Under the pieces are notes generated by a model, which saw nothing but the letters and a program-made list of their open reading frames with translations, had not been told where the DNA came from and did not search any database. This document shows, piece after piece, positions 19,112 to 28,714 of a stretch of DNA of 64,000 nucleotides. Numbering within the stretch: position 1 is the stretch's first letter; the number at the start of each line of letters is the position of its first letter. The translations under genes and the position numbers were made by a program. Source of the DNA: Desulfobacteraceae bacterium UBA5616 (lineage in GTDB: Bacteria > Desulfobacterota > Desulfobacteria > Desulfobacterales > UBA5616); NCBI GenBank assembly GCA_002423615.1, contig DIKO01000047.1, forward strand, positions 5,947-69,946, written 5' to 3'.

Positions 19112-20407
19112 ATGATCAAAAGATACACCCGAAAAGAAATGGCGGATATCTGGACCGATGAAAACAAATACCGCACCTGGCTTGAGGTCGAAGTCCTGGC
19201 CTGTGAAGCCATGGCCGAGGCCGGCAGAATTCCAAAACAAGCCGCTGAGGTGATCCGGCAAAAAGCCCGGTTCTCCATTGACAGGATTGAAGAAATCGAG
19301 GCTGAGACCAAGCACGACGTCATCGCCTTTCTCACCAATGTCGCCGAGTACGTGGGCCCCGAAGCACGCTATATCCACATGGGACTGACCTCTTCCGATG
19401 TTCTGGACACCTCCATGGCCTGCCTCCTTCAAAAGGCCGGCCAGATCATTCTGAAAGACCTGGACAACCTCCTTGAGGTCATTAAGAACAAGGCCCTGGA
19501 ACACAAAAATACGGTAATGATCGGACGGTCCCACGGCATCCATGCAGAGCCCATCACCTTCGGGCTGAAACTGGCCGTTTGGTACGATGAAATGCGCCGG
19601 AACCGGAAGCGGGTGGAGCGTGGCGTGGAATCGGTGAGCTACGGCAAAATATCCGGCGCCGTCGGCACCTTCGCCAACATTCCTCCGGAAATCGAAGCTT
19701 ATGTCTGCGAACATCTGGGAATTAAACCCGCTCCCGCATCCACCCAGATCATCCAGCGCGACCGCTATGCGGAATTCTTTGCAGCCCTTGCCGTCACGGC
19801 ATCTTCCATCGAAAAGATGGCCGTTGAAATCAGGCATCTGCAGCGAACTGAAGTACTGGAAGCCGAGGAATTTTTTTCAAAGGGGCAAAAGGGATCGTCG
19901 GCCATGCCCCACAAACGGAACCCCATCGGTTCGGAAAACATGAGCGGCCTTGCCCGTATTATCAGAGCAAACGCCCTTGCGGCCCTTGAAAATATTCCCC
20001 TGTGGCATGAACGGGACATCAGCCATTCCTCGGTAGAGCGGGTCATTATCCCGGACAGCACTATTCTGATGAATTATATGCTGAACCGGTTTTCCGGCAT
20101 TATTGAACACCTGATGGTCTATCCAGCCAATATGATGAAAAATCTTAACAAACTCAACGGATTGATTTTCTCGCAACAGGTCCTTCTGGCCCTTGCCGAA
20201 TCCGGCGCCAGCAGGGAAGACGCCTACGGAAGGGTCCAGGCCCTGGCAATGCGGGTGTGGGAGGAAAACCAGGATTTCAAGATGTTGATCTTAAATGACG
20301 ATGCCATCAGAGCGCACCTTACCGCGGAAAAAATTGAAGAAATATTTGACCTGAAATATCATTTGAAGTATACCAGCGCCATTTTTGATCGCGTATTCAA
20401 ACCTTAA
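19112..20407 (+). CDS. purB: adenylosuccinate lyase
   Basis: 431 aa with the fumarate-lyase signature GSSAMPHKRNPIGSEN and N-terminal MIKRYTRKEMADIW typical of PurB. Confidence 0.95.
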   Translation: MIKRYTRKEMADIWTDENKYRTWLEVEVLACEAMAEAGRIPKQAAEVIRQKARFSIDRIEEIEAETKHDVIAFLTNVAEYVGPEARYIHMGLTSSDVLDTSMACLLQKAGQIILKDLDNLLEVIKNKALEHKNTVMIGRSHGIHAEPITFGLKLAVWYDEMRRNRKRVERGVESVSYGKISGAVGTFANIPPEIEAYVCEHLGIKPAPASTQIIQRDRYAEFFAALAVTASSIEKMAVEIRHLQRTEVLEAEEFFSKGQKGSSAMPHKRNPIGSENMSGLARIIRANALAALENIPLWHERDISHSSVERVIIPDSTILMNYMLNRFSGIIEHLMVYPANMMKNLNKLNGLIFSQQVLLALAESGASREDAYGRVQALAMRVWEENQDFKMLILNDDAIRAHLTAEKIEEIFDLKYHLKYTSAIFDRVFKP

Positions 20408-20417
20408 AGGAGATACC

Positions 20418-20786
20418 ATGTTTGACAATTTAGCCCATGCCATGGGACAAAGCGGAGCCGCCGGACAGGGAGCAGGCGGATTCACGGCCTTTATCCCCCT
20501 GATCCTCATGTTTGTGATTTTTTATTTTCTGTTGATCCGTCCCCAGCAGAAAAAGGCCAGGGAGCATCGCGATATGATCGGAAATCTGAAAAAAGGAGAC
20601 CGAATCCTCACCAGCGGCGGTCTTTACGGCAGAATAACGGGAATTGAAGATGCCACCCTCACCGTCGAAATTTCGGACAAGGTCCGGGTTAAAATCGCAA
20701 GGGGTAATGTGGCGTCCGTTGTCGGGCCGTCAGCCCCACAGCCGCAACCAACGGAAAAAGCCGACAAACCGGTCGAAAAAAAATAA
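20418..20786 (+). CDS. yajC: preprotein translocase subunit YajC
   Basis: ATG at 20418 follows AAAGGAG. FIPLILMFVIFYFLLIRPQQKKAREHRDMIGNLKKGDRILTSGGLYGRI is the YajC core. Lies upstream of secDF. Confidence 0.9.
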   Translation: MFDNLAHAMGQSGAAGQGAGGFTAFIPLILMFVIFYFLLIRPQQKKAREHRDMIGNLKKGDRILTSGGLYGRITGIEDATLTVEISDKVRVKIARGNVASVVGPSAPQPQPTEKADKPVEKK

Positions 20787-20974
20787 CCGGCCAACCAAGC
20801 GAAACGCTTCCTCGGCGGTCTTTTCGGAATCTCTCCCATATGGACGACGCACCAAGTCGGTTTTTCAAGCTGTTCCGGGTTGTCCTGAAAAACGTTGCAG
20901 AACACCCGATTCGGCTTTTTTTAAACCTGACATTTTGTCAACTTTTAAATTATGAAACCGAAAGGAATCAATAA

Positions 20975-22552
20975 TTGAAGACGCTTTCATGGAGAACAGT
21001 CGCCAGCCTAGTGGTTCTGATGATCACAATTGTGTATCTTCTTCCGAGCATTAAACCCACATTGTGGCCCCACAAAAAAATTAACCTGGGGCTGGATCTG
21101 CAGGGCGGCATGCATCTGATCCTGGAAGTCGATGTTGAAAAAGCCATTGAGAACACAATGGAACGCATCAGTCAGGAAATCCGGGCACAGCTCAAGCAGA
21201 AACGGATTCGCTATCAGAGCGTTGAACGCACCAAGGACAATCAGGTTCTTGTATCCCTTCAGGGACAGGACCAGGTTGACGCTTTCAACAAAATCCTCGA
21301 CGAAGAGTACCGGGATCTTAAGATAATAAACAGTTCTGCAACGGAAGAGGGATACAAGGCTTTTCTCGCCATGCCCGATGAAGAAGTGGAACACACCAAA
21401 AAGATGTCCGTCGACCAGGCACTGGAAACCATTCGAAACCGCATCGACCAGTTCGGGGTCAGTGAACCGGATATCCGGCGACAGGGGGAAAACCGTATTT
21501 TAATTCAGCTTCCCGGCGTTAAGGACACCCAGAGGGCCAAGGACCTTATCGGGAAAACAGCGATTTTGGAATTCAAGCTCGTGGACGAAGGCCACGATGT
21601 CGACAGCGCCCTTAAAGAAAATCCGCCCCCCGGCACGGAAATCCTCTACCAGATAGAAACCGACCCGGCAACGGGACGGAGCCTAAAGACCCCGTTTCTC
21701 CTTAAAAAACGGACCTTGTTGACCGGCGCCCATCTCACCGACGCCAAGGTCCAGTTTGATTCCCAGTACAACGAACCCTATGTGAGCATTGAATTTGACC
21801 GCAAGGGGGCCAGGATATTCGAAGACATTACCGGAGAGAACATTCAAAAGCGCCTGGCCATCGTGCTGGACAACAAGGTCTACTCGGCCCCGGTGATCCA
21901 GGACAGGATCGCCGGCGGACAGGCCCGCATCACCGGGAATTTCACCCATGAGGATGCCAGAGATCTGGCCATTGTGCTCAGGGCCGGGGCCCTGCCGGCG
22001 CCGGTCACCATTCTTGAGGAAAGGACCGTTGGACCCTCCCTGGGCGCGGATTCCATCAACAAGGGGTTCTTCGCCATGTGCATCGGCGGCATCCTGGTAG
22101 TGCTCTTCATGGGGGCATATTACAAGACTTCGGGTCTCATCGCCGATTTCGCCCTGATCCTCAATATCTTTATGATCGCAGCCGGTCTCGCCGCTTTTCA
22201 GGCCACCCTCACCCTTCCGGGTATGGCGGGCATCGTCCTGACCATCGGTATGGCGGTGGATGCCAACGTCCTTATTTTCGAACGGATCAGGGAAGAAATG
22301 GAACTTGGGAAAACCCCACTGGCCGCCGTTGATGCGGGTTTCGACCGGGCTGCCCTCACCATTCTCGATGCCAATATCACCACCCTGATCGCGGCTCTGG
22401 TGTTGTTCCAGTTCGGAACGGGCCCGGTCAAGGGATTCGCCGTAACCTTGAGCCTCGGGGTGATCTCCAGCGTATTTACGGCCCTGGTTCTGACCCGCCA
22501 GATTTTTGATTTTCTGTTGATCAACCGACGGGTCAAGCAATTGAGCATTTGA
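20975..22552 (+). CDS. secD: protein translocase subunit SecD
   Basis: 525 aa with a TTG start, a large periplasmic domain and a C-terminal 5-TM RND-like domain (GMAGIVLTIGMAVDANVLIFERIREE). Confidence 0.93.
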   Translation: MKTLSWRTVASLVVLMITIVYLLPSIKPTLWPHKKINLGLDLQGGMHLILEVDVEKAIENTMERISQEIRAQLKQKRIRYQSVERTKDNQVLVSLQGQDQVDAFNKILDEEYRDLKIINSSATEEGYKAFLAMPDEEVEHTKKMSVDQALETIRNRIDQFGVSEPDIRRQGENRILIQLPGVKDTQRAKDLIGKTAILEFKLVDEGHDVDSALKENPPPGTEILYQIETDPATGRSLKTPFLLKKRTLLTGAHLTDAKVQFDSQYNEPYVSIEFDRKGARIFEDITGENIQKRLAIVLDNKVYSAPVIQDRIAGGQARITGNFTHEDARDLAIVLRAGALPAPVTILEERTVGPSLGADSINKGFFAMCIGGILVVLFMGAYYKTSGLIADFALILNIFMIAAGLAAFQATLTLPGMAGIVLTIGMAVDANVLIFERIREEMELGKTPLAAVDAGFDRAALTILDANITTLIAALVLFQFGTGPVKGFAVTLSLGVISSVFTALVLTRQIFDFLLINRRVKQLSI

Positions 22553-22588
22553 GAACCTGTTTTTAAATTCAACAAAAAGGATAAAGCC

Positions 22589-23626
22589 ATGCGATTTATC
22601 AAACCGGATATAAATATCGATTTTATCGGCAAACGAAACATCGCCTTCCTGATTTCAGGCCTGTTGATCCTGATAAGCCTGGCCTCCCTGGCAATCCATA
22701 AAGGGCCCCGGTACGGCATTGATTTTTCAGGTGGAACTCTGATCCAGGTCAAATTCCTCTCCGATGTCAAGATTTCGGATATTAAAACCGGTCTCGGCCA
22801 ACTGAATTTCGGCGCTGCCTCCGTTCAGACATTCGGAGAACACGGAACCCATGAATACCTGATCCGTACGGACATTCCCAAGGAAACCGGGGATAATTTC
22901 ACGGAAAAACTCCGGAAAATGCTCTTCGATGCCACGGGCAAGGAAGTCGAAATCCGACGCGTGGAAATGGTGGGACCCCAGGTAGGGAAAGACTTGCAGG
23001 AAAAAGCCCTTCTGGCCATTTATTACTGCCTTCTCTTGATCGCCATTTACATTTCAGGACGGTTTGAATTCAAGTGGATGGTCAGCGGGGTAATGGCCGC
23101 GACATTGATGGGCCTGGTTTATTTCCTGTCGCTTTTTAACGTGAGTACCGCCATTCTCATCAGCGTTGCCCTGTTGATCACCATCGTGCTGTTCTGGTTT
23201 CTTAAACTCCCCTACGCCATGGGGGCCATCGTGGCTATTGTCCACGACGTGGCCATTACCGTTGGACTTTTCTCGTTGTTCGACAAGGAGTTCACGCTGC
23301 CCATTATTGCGGCCCTTTTGACCATCATCGGATATTCCCTGAATGACACCATCATTGTTTTCGACCGTATCCGGGAAAATCAGAAAAAATTGTCCCGTCT
23401 GTCCTATGAAAGCATGATCAATAAAAGCATCAACGAAACACTGAGCCGCACGGTTTTAACGTCCGGTACCACCCTCGTCGTCGTGGGGGCGCTCTTTTTC
23501 CTTGGGGGGGATATTATCCATGATTTTGCTTTTGCCATTATAGCCGGCATTGCCGTGGGGACCTACTCTTCCATTTATGTTGCAAGCCCCATGCTGCTGG
23601 TCTTTGCGAACAGGGAAAAAAGCTGA
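22589..23626 (+). CDS. secF: protein translocase subunit SecF
   Basis: 345 aa with YGIDFSGGTLIQVKF and GYSLNDTIIVFDRIREN motifs. Adjacent to secD. Confidence 0.93.
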   Translation: MRFIKPDINIDFIGKRNIAFLISGLLILISLASLAIHKGPRYGIDFSGGTLIQVKFLSDVKISDIKTGLGQLNFGAASVQTFGEHGTHEYLIRTDIPKETGDNFTEKLRKMLFDATGKEVEIRRVEMVGPQVGKDLQEKALLAIYYCLLLIAIYISGRFEFKWMVSGVMAATLMGLVYFLSLFNVSTAILISVALLITIVLFWFLKLPYAMGAIVAIVHDVAITVGLFSLFDKEFTLPIIAALLTIIGYSLNDTIIVFDRIRENQKKLSRLSYESMINKSINETLSRTVLTSGTTLVVVGALFFLGGDIIHDFAFAIIAGIAVGTYSSIYVASPMLLVFANREKS

Positions 23627-23635
23627 TATCCGGCG

Positions 23636-24745
23636 ATGGAACATCTACCGCCATGGTTTGAATTGAAGAAGGTTCCCGGCATCGGGAACCTTCTTTATAA
23701 ACGGCTGATCGACACCTTCAAATCCCCGGAGCACGTGTTCGGTGCTTCTGCTGCCGAGCTCACCCGGGTGGACGGCATCACCTCCACGCTTGCCGAAGCC
23801 ATCCTTCATCGGCCCTTTTCCGACGGGATCCGGCATTATATCGACCGGGTCCGTGAAAAAGGATTCGACATCGTCACCCTGACGGATCGTGGTTATCCGC
23901 CCCTGCTGCGTGAAATTCCCGATCCGCCTCCCTATCTTTACGTTTTTGGAAGCTGGACTCCGGGCATTGCCAATATCGCCGTCGTCGGATCTCGAAATGC
24001 GACGGCCTACGGGCTGGCCGCCACTCAAAAACTATGCCGGGAACTTGCGGCCCGGAATATCGCCGTTGTCAGCGGAATGGCCAGGGGTATCGACACAGCC
24101 GCCCATCTCGGGGCCATAGCGGAAAACGGAATAACCGTCGCCGTCCTGGGCAGCAGCCTGGACCGAATTTATCCCAGGGAAAATACCAAACTGTTTCACA
24201 AAATCGCCGAAAATGGAGCGGTGATCACGGAATTTGATCTTGAAACCGATCCCGAGCCTCATCATTTCCCCTTAAGAAACCGGATTATCAGCGGCATGTC
24301 TCTGGGAACCGTGGTAGTGGAGGCCGCCAAAAAAAGCGGCTCCCTGATCACGGCCCGATTGTCGGCGGAACAGAACCGGGAGGTTTTCGCCGTTCCGGGA
24401 AGCATCGATTCCGGAAAAAGTGAGGGGACTCATGCGTTGATCAAACAAGGCGCCAAGCTGGTTCAGAGTATCGACGATATTTTAGATGAATTTTCTTATC
24501 TTTTCCGGAATGATCCTGTCCCCGGCAAACCCAAAAAATCAGAAATTAAACATAAATTTTCAGATGAAGAGCACATGGTGATCAGGGCCATGGGGCCATA
24601 CCCCCTGCATATCGACGACATCATTCGAAAAACGGCCCTTTCCCCGGGGAAGCTGTCGAGTATTCTGCTTCAGTTGGAATTGTCCGGAGTCATCCGGCAG
24701 ACACCCGGAAAATACTTTTGCCTGGCAGGCGATGAAAATATTTAA
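23636..24745 (+). CDS. dprA: DNA-processing protein DprA (Smf)
   Basis: 369 aa with the Rossmann-like DprA core (IAVVGSRNATAYG, VVSGMARGIDTAAH, GSLITA) and a C-terminal winged-helix-like tail. Conserved dprA-topA order. Confidence 0.9.
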   Translation: MEHLPPWFELKKVPGIGNLLYKRLIDTFKSPEHVFGASAAELTRVDGITSTLAEAILHRPFSDGIRHYIDRVREKGFDIVTLTDRGYPPLLREIPDPPPYLYVFGSWTPGIANIAVVGSRNATAYGLAATQKLCRELAARNIAVVSGMARGIDTAAHLGAIAENGITVAVLGSSLDRIYPRENTKLFHKIAENGAVITEFDLETDPEPHHFPLRNRIISGMSLGTVVVEAAKKSGSLITARLSAEQNREVFAVPGSIDSGKSEGTHALIKQGAKLVQSIDDILDEFSYLFRNDPVPGKPKKSEIKHKFSDEEHMVIRAMGPYPLHIDDIIRKTALSPGKLSSILLQLELSGVIRQTPGKYFCLAGDENI

Positions 24746-24784
24746 AAATTGAATTTTCCGTAAAGGAATCCCGGAGGCATATCA

Positions 24785-27055
24785 GTGGCAAAACCCTTGG
24801 TTGTGGTGGAATCGCCCACCAAAGTGAAAACCCTTAAAAAATACATCGGAAATGATTTTAATGTGGTCGCCACGGTGGGTCATATCAGGGACCTGCCGCT
24901 CAAGCAACTGGGAATCGACATCGAACACGGTTTTCAACCCGAATACATCACCATCGCCGGAAAACAGAAGGTCGTTGCATCGCTTAAAAAAGCGGCACAG
25001 GGTGTTGACGAAATTTACCTGGCCCCCGACCCCGACCGTGAAGGCGAAGCCATCGCGTTTCATACGGCGGAGGTTCTGAAAAAAAAAGGAAGAATATTCC
25101 GCAGGGTTTTATTCCATGAATTAACGAAAAAAGCCATCCTGGAAGCCATTCTCTCTCCCAGAGATCTGGACCGGAACAAATACGAAGCCCAACAGGCACG
25201 CCGAATTCTGGACCGCCTGGTGGGGTACCAGATCTCACCCCTGTTGTGGAGAAAGGTCAAGGGGGGATTAAGCGCCGGCCGGGTGCAATCCGTATCCCTG
25301 CGCATCATCTGCGACCGGGAACGGGAGATTTACCGCTTCAACCCCGAAGAATACTGGTCCCTGACGGCTTTTCTGCAAAGCGACACCCCTCCGGAATTCC
25401 AGGCGAAACTGGTTAAAAAAAACGACCGGAAAATCAAGATTCCGGATCAGGCCGCATCAGACGCCGTTCTTTCCGAACTCTCCGGACAATCTTTTGTGAT
25501 AGAGGGCATTCTGAAAAAAACCATCAGAAGGAATCCACAGCCCCCTTTCATTACCAGCAAACTCCAGCAGGAAGCCATCCGAAAACTCCGGTTTACGGCA
25601 AAAAAAACCATGGCGGTCGCCCAGCAGCTTTATGAGGGAATTGAACTCGGACCCGGTGAACCCGTGGGGTTGATCACTTACATGAGAACCGACTCCACCC
25701 GTATTGCCGTTGAAGCCGCCACGGAAGCCATTGAATTTGTCCGAAACCATTTCGGAGAAGCCTACGCCATCGAAAAACCCCGGTTTTTTCAAAACAAAAA
25801 CAAAGCCCAGGACGCCCACGAAGCCATCCGGCCGACTTCGGTCCTAAACGAACCGAATAAAATCGCCGTTCATCTCTCAAAGGATCAGTTGTCCCTTTAC
25901 CGTCTCATATGGGAAAGATTTGTGGCGTCCCAGATGCAGCAGGCACTGATCGACCAGAGTTCCGTCTCGATCAGAGCCGGGGCGTTCACGTTTAATGCCA
26001 GCGGATCCACCATCAGGTTCCCCGGTTTTCTGGCCCTGTATAAAACCGCCGATGATGAAATGGAAAACCAGGACGCGCAAAGTTCTCACAAGCTTCCGGA
26101 ACTCGTGGAAGGCAAGGTCTTAACCCTGAACAAACTGGAACCCAGACAGCACTTTACCATGCCCCCTCCCCGTTTTTCCGAAGCCTCCCTGGTCAAGGAA
26201 CTCGAAGAAAACGGCATCGGCAGGCCCAGCACCTATGCCGCGATCCTCTCCACCATCCGGGACAAGGGATATGTGGAGATGATCAAAGGATATTTCAGGC
26301 CCAGCGAATTGGGGTTCATCGTCAATGACCTTCTGGTGGAGAATTTTCCCGACCTGATCAATGTGGATTTTACCGCCAGGATGGAAGAAGATCTGGACGG
26401 AATCGAAACCGACAAAGTCAATTCCCTGGAAATCCTCTCCCGTTTTTACGACCCCTTTAAAAAAGAGCTGGACAAAGCCCTATCGGGCATGTTGAGCGTC
26501 AAGGGCGTAGGCCTTTTAACGGGCCTTTCGTGCCCTCAATGCGGGAAGACCCTTTATATCAAGGTCGGCAAGAACGGCCCGTTTCTGGCCTGCAGCGGGT
26601 ATCCGGATTGCACCTTTACCCGGGACTACATCCGGAATGATAAAGGCGAGGTGCAGCCTGTGGAATCGGCCAGTGGAGAAATGACCGATAAAATCTGCGA
26701 GAAATGCAAGAGTCCCATGATGACCCGTCATGGGAAATTCGGTGATTTTCTGGCCTGCAGCAGATACCCGGAATGCAGGAACACCAAGTCCGTGAACGCC
26801 AACGGGCAGGGAAAAAATCTGGGAGTCCCCTGTCCTGAAAATGGATGCTCCGGTGAAATTGTGGAAAAGCAATCCAAGCGGGGAAAGATCTTTTACGGTT
26901 GCAACCGTTATCCGGATTGCACTTTTGCCATATGGGACAAACCCGTCGCCAAGGCATGCCCCGTCTGCGGATCCAAATTTTTGGTTGAAAAAATGAGCAA
27001 AAAAGACGGCGTGTTTCTGATCTGCCCGCAGAAAGACTGCGGGCACAGGGAATAA
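24785..27055 (+). CDS. topA: DNA topoisomerase I
   Basis: 756 aa with a GTG start, TOPRIM (LVVVESPTKVKTLKKY, APDPDREGEAIAFH), the active-site Tyr context ITYMRTDSTR and four C-terminal CxxC...C zinc-ribbon repeats. Confidence 0.96.
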   Translation: MAKPLVVVESPTKVKTLKKYIGNDFNVVATVGHIRDLPLKQLGIDIEHGFQPEYITIAGKQKVVASLKKAAQGVDEIYLAPDPDREGEAIAFHTAEVLKKKGRIFRRVLFHELTKKAILEAILSPRDLDRNKYEAQQARRILDRLVGYQISPLLWRKVKGGLSAGRVQSVSLRIICDREREIYRFNPEEYWSLTAFLQSDTPPEFQAKLVKKNDRKIKIPDQAASDAVLSELSGQSFVIEGILKKTIRRNPQPPFITSKLQQEAIRKLRFTAKKTMAVAQQLYEGIELGPGEPVGLITYMRTDSTRIAVEAATEAIEFVRNHFGEAYAIEKPRFFQNKNKAQDAHEAIRPTSVLNEPNKIAVHLSKDQLSLYRLIWERFVASQMQQALIDQSSVSIRAGAFTFNASGSTIRFPGFLALYKTADDEMENQDAQSSHKLPELVEGKVLTLNKLEPRQHFTMPPPRFSEASLVKELEENGIGRPSTYAAILSTIRDKGYVEMIKGYFRPSELGFIVNDLLVENFPDLINVDFTARMEEDLDGIETDKVNSLEILSRFYDPFKKELDKALSGMLSVKGVGLLTGLSCPQCGKTLYIKVGKNGPFLACSGYPDCTFTRDYIRNDKGEVQPVESASGEMTDKICEKCKSPMMTRHGKFGDFLACSRYPECRNTKSVNANGQGKNLGVPCPENGCSGEIVEKQSKRGKIFYGCNRYPDCTFAIWDKPVAKACPVCGSKFLVEKMSKKDGVFLICPQKDCGHRE

Positions 27056-27092
27056 ACCGTTTTTTCTCAACACCATCGCCGAAGGAGATGAA

Positions 27093-28493
27093 TTGAATTC
27101 AGACAACACCTTGAAACCCTTTTTCGCACCCGTGGGAATCGCCGTCATCGGAGCCCGAAGCACACCCGGGTTCGGTTACATGCTGCCCTCCAATTTAAAG
27201 GAAAACGGGTGGGGAGACCGCACCTATCTCGTCAATCCCAAAGGCGGTAGATTGCACGGAATGCCGGTGTATAAAACACTGACGGAAATTCCCGGAAAAG
27301 TCGACCTGGCCGTCGTCATCGTTCCGGCGCCCGCGGTTCCGGGCGTTCTGACCGATATCGGCGAGGCCGGCATCCGGCAGGTGATCCTCATGAGTGCCGG
27401 GTTTGCCGAAACCGGACCGGAGGGTGCGGCCCTTCAGGATGAATCATCAGCCATCGCAAATCAGTATGGTCTTAAAATCATCGGCCCCAATTGTGTCGGG
27501 GTGGTGAACACGAAAAATCGTTTTGCCACCACCGAATTGATGCCCGAAGCCTTTACGCCCGGTACTCTGGCTGTCCTGGCCCAGAGCGGTGTTTTCGGTC
27601 ATAATCTTCTGGAGCGGTTCAACGAATACGGGATCGCCGTGTCAAAAGCCGTCACACTGGGAAACCGGGTGGTCGTCAATGAAATCGATGCCTTGAATTT
27701 CTTCCACCAGGACCCTGAAACCCGCACCATCGTCATGTACATCGAAGGGTCTGCGGATGGCAGGCGATTAAGAAAAACCCTGACGAAAATTTCGCAGGAC
27801 AAACCGGTCATTGTCCTGAAAAGCGGCCGGACCGAACAGGGGAAGACGGCCACCGCCTCTCATACCGGGTCCTTATCCGGCGAGGATGAACTTTATGAGG
27901 GCATGTTTGCCCAAACCGGCACTGTAAGGGCCAAAACGCTGGATGATTTAACCGTTCTGGCCCGGGTGTTTGATACCCAGCCCCCGCCCCGGGGAAACCA
28001 CCTGGGAATTATCACCGGAAGCGGCAGTATGGGCGCCCTGGCCACGGATTCCGCCATTGATCACGGGCTTGTCATCCCTGAATTGTCCGAACGGATAATC
28101 AACAATGTGAAAAACGGTGCGCCGGGGTGGATAAATGTGAAAAATCCCCTGGACGTAGGACCGTCCGGACAATTCCCGGCAGCTTTTCAGGCCATGATGG
28201 AAGACCGGGACATCCATATGATACTTGCCGTCATTGCCATTCCCTATGCCGCCTACCAAAGGATGGAAATGTCAACCACAGTCGATGAATTCTTTTTCGG
28301 CTCAAAAAAACCCATAAAGGATCAATTATGGCCCAAACCCTTTGTCATCTCGGTGGTCAGTCACGAGAAACTGGCGAACCTGTTTAAACAATCCTGTGAA
28401 CCCCGGGTTCCCGTATTTGCTTCACCTGAGACCGCGACCAGGGCACTGGCCGCTTTGTGGCGCTACCGGCGATGGTTGAACGGCAATCATTAG
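27093..28493 (+). CDS. ADP-forming acyl-CoA synthetase alpha-type protein (CoA-binding plus CoA-ligase domains; no ATP-grasp beta partner in the window)
   Basis: 466 aa with a TTG start. N-terminal CoA-binding Rossmann domain (PVGIAVIGAR) and the phosphohistidine loop TATASHTGSLSGED, typical of the NDP-forming acetyl-CoA synthetase / succinyl-CoA synthetase alpha superfamily. Confidence 0.7.
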   Translation: MNSDNTLKPFFAPVGIAVIGARSTPGFGYMLPSNLKENGWGDRTYLVNPKGGRLHGMPVYKTLTEIPGKVDLAVVIVPAPAVPGVLTDIGEAGIRQVILMSAGFAETGPEGAALQDESSAIANQYGLKIIGPNCVGVVNTKNRFATTELMPEAFTPGTLAVLAQSGVFGHNLLERFNEYGIAVSKAVTLGNRVVVNEIDALNFFHQDPETRTIVMYIEGSADGRRLRKTLTKISQDKPVIVLKSGRTEQGKTATASHTGSLSGEDELYEGMFAQTGTVRAKTLDDLTVLARVFDTQPPPRGNHLGIITGSGSMGALATDSAIDHGLVIPELSERIINNVKNGAPGWINVKNPLDVGPSGQFPAAFQAMMEDRDIHMILAVIAIPYAAYQRMEMSTTVDEFFFGSKKPIKDQLWPKPFVISVVSHEKLANLFKQSCEPRVPVFASPETATRALAALWRYRRWLNGNH

Positions 28494-28675
28494 GGCTTTT
28501 TGATATTGTCGGGGGGAATCCGGGCCGGGTCGTAACTGTTTTGATGACCAGGTCATAACGCAACTATAATACCTTTGTTGGTGGGATTGGGACGAAACTA
28601 CGATTGATCGATTTTTACCCTTGATACGGGGACCTGACATCAAAAAAATACTTTGCGAAGTGAAAAAATTTACGG

Positions 28676-28714
28676 GTGGTCCATAGGACTTTATTTTTCC
28701 CTTATTTGGACCAC
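28676..28714 (-). terminator. weak hairpin spanning the stop codon of the GT2 gene
   Basis: GTGGTCCA (28676-28683) pairs with TGGACCAC (28707-28714) around a 23-nt loop. On the minus strand a T6 run follows after 8 nt. The loop is too large for a textbook terminator. Confidence 0.25.

Noticed and set aside
28544-28556. Perfect 13-nt palindrome ATGACCAGGTCAT in the convergent spacer after the acyl-CoA synthetase-like gene.
   Set aside because: Palindromes with 6-bp arms are expected many times by chance in a window this size. There is no second copy and no adjacent regulator gene.
28554-28564. 11-mer CATAACGCAAC present both here and at 30607-30617, in two intergenic regions of the same operon area.
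   Set aside because: Hundreds of 11-mer coincidences are expected by chance in 64 kb on two strands. The flanking sequence is not similar.
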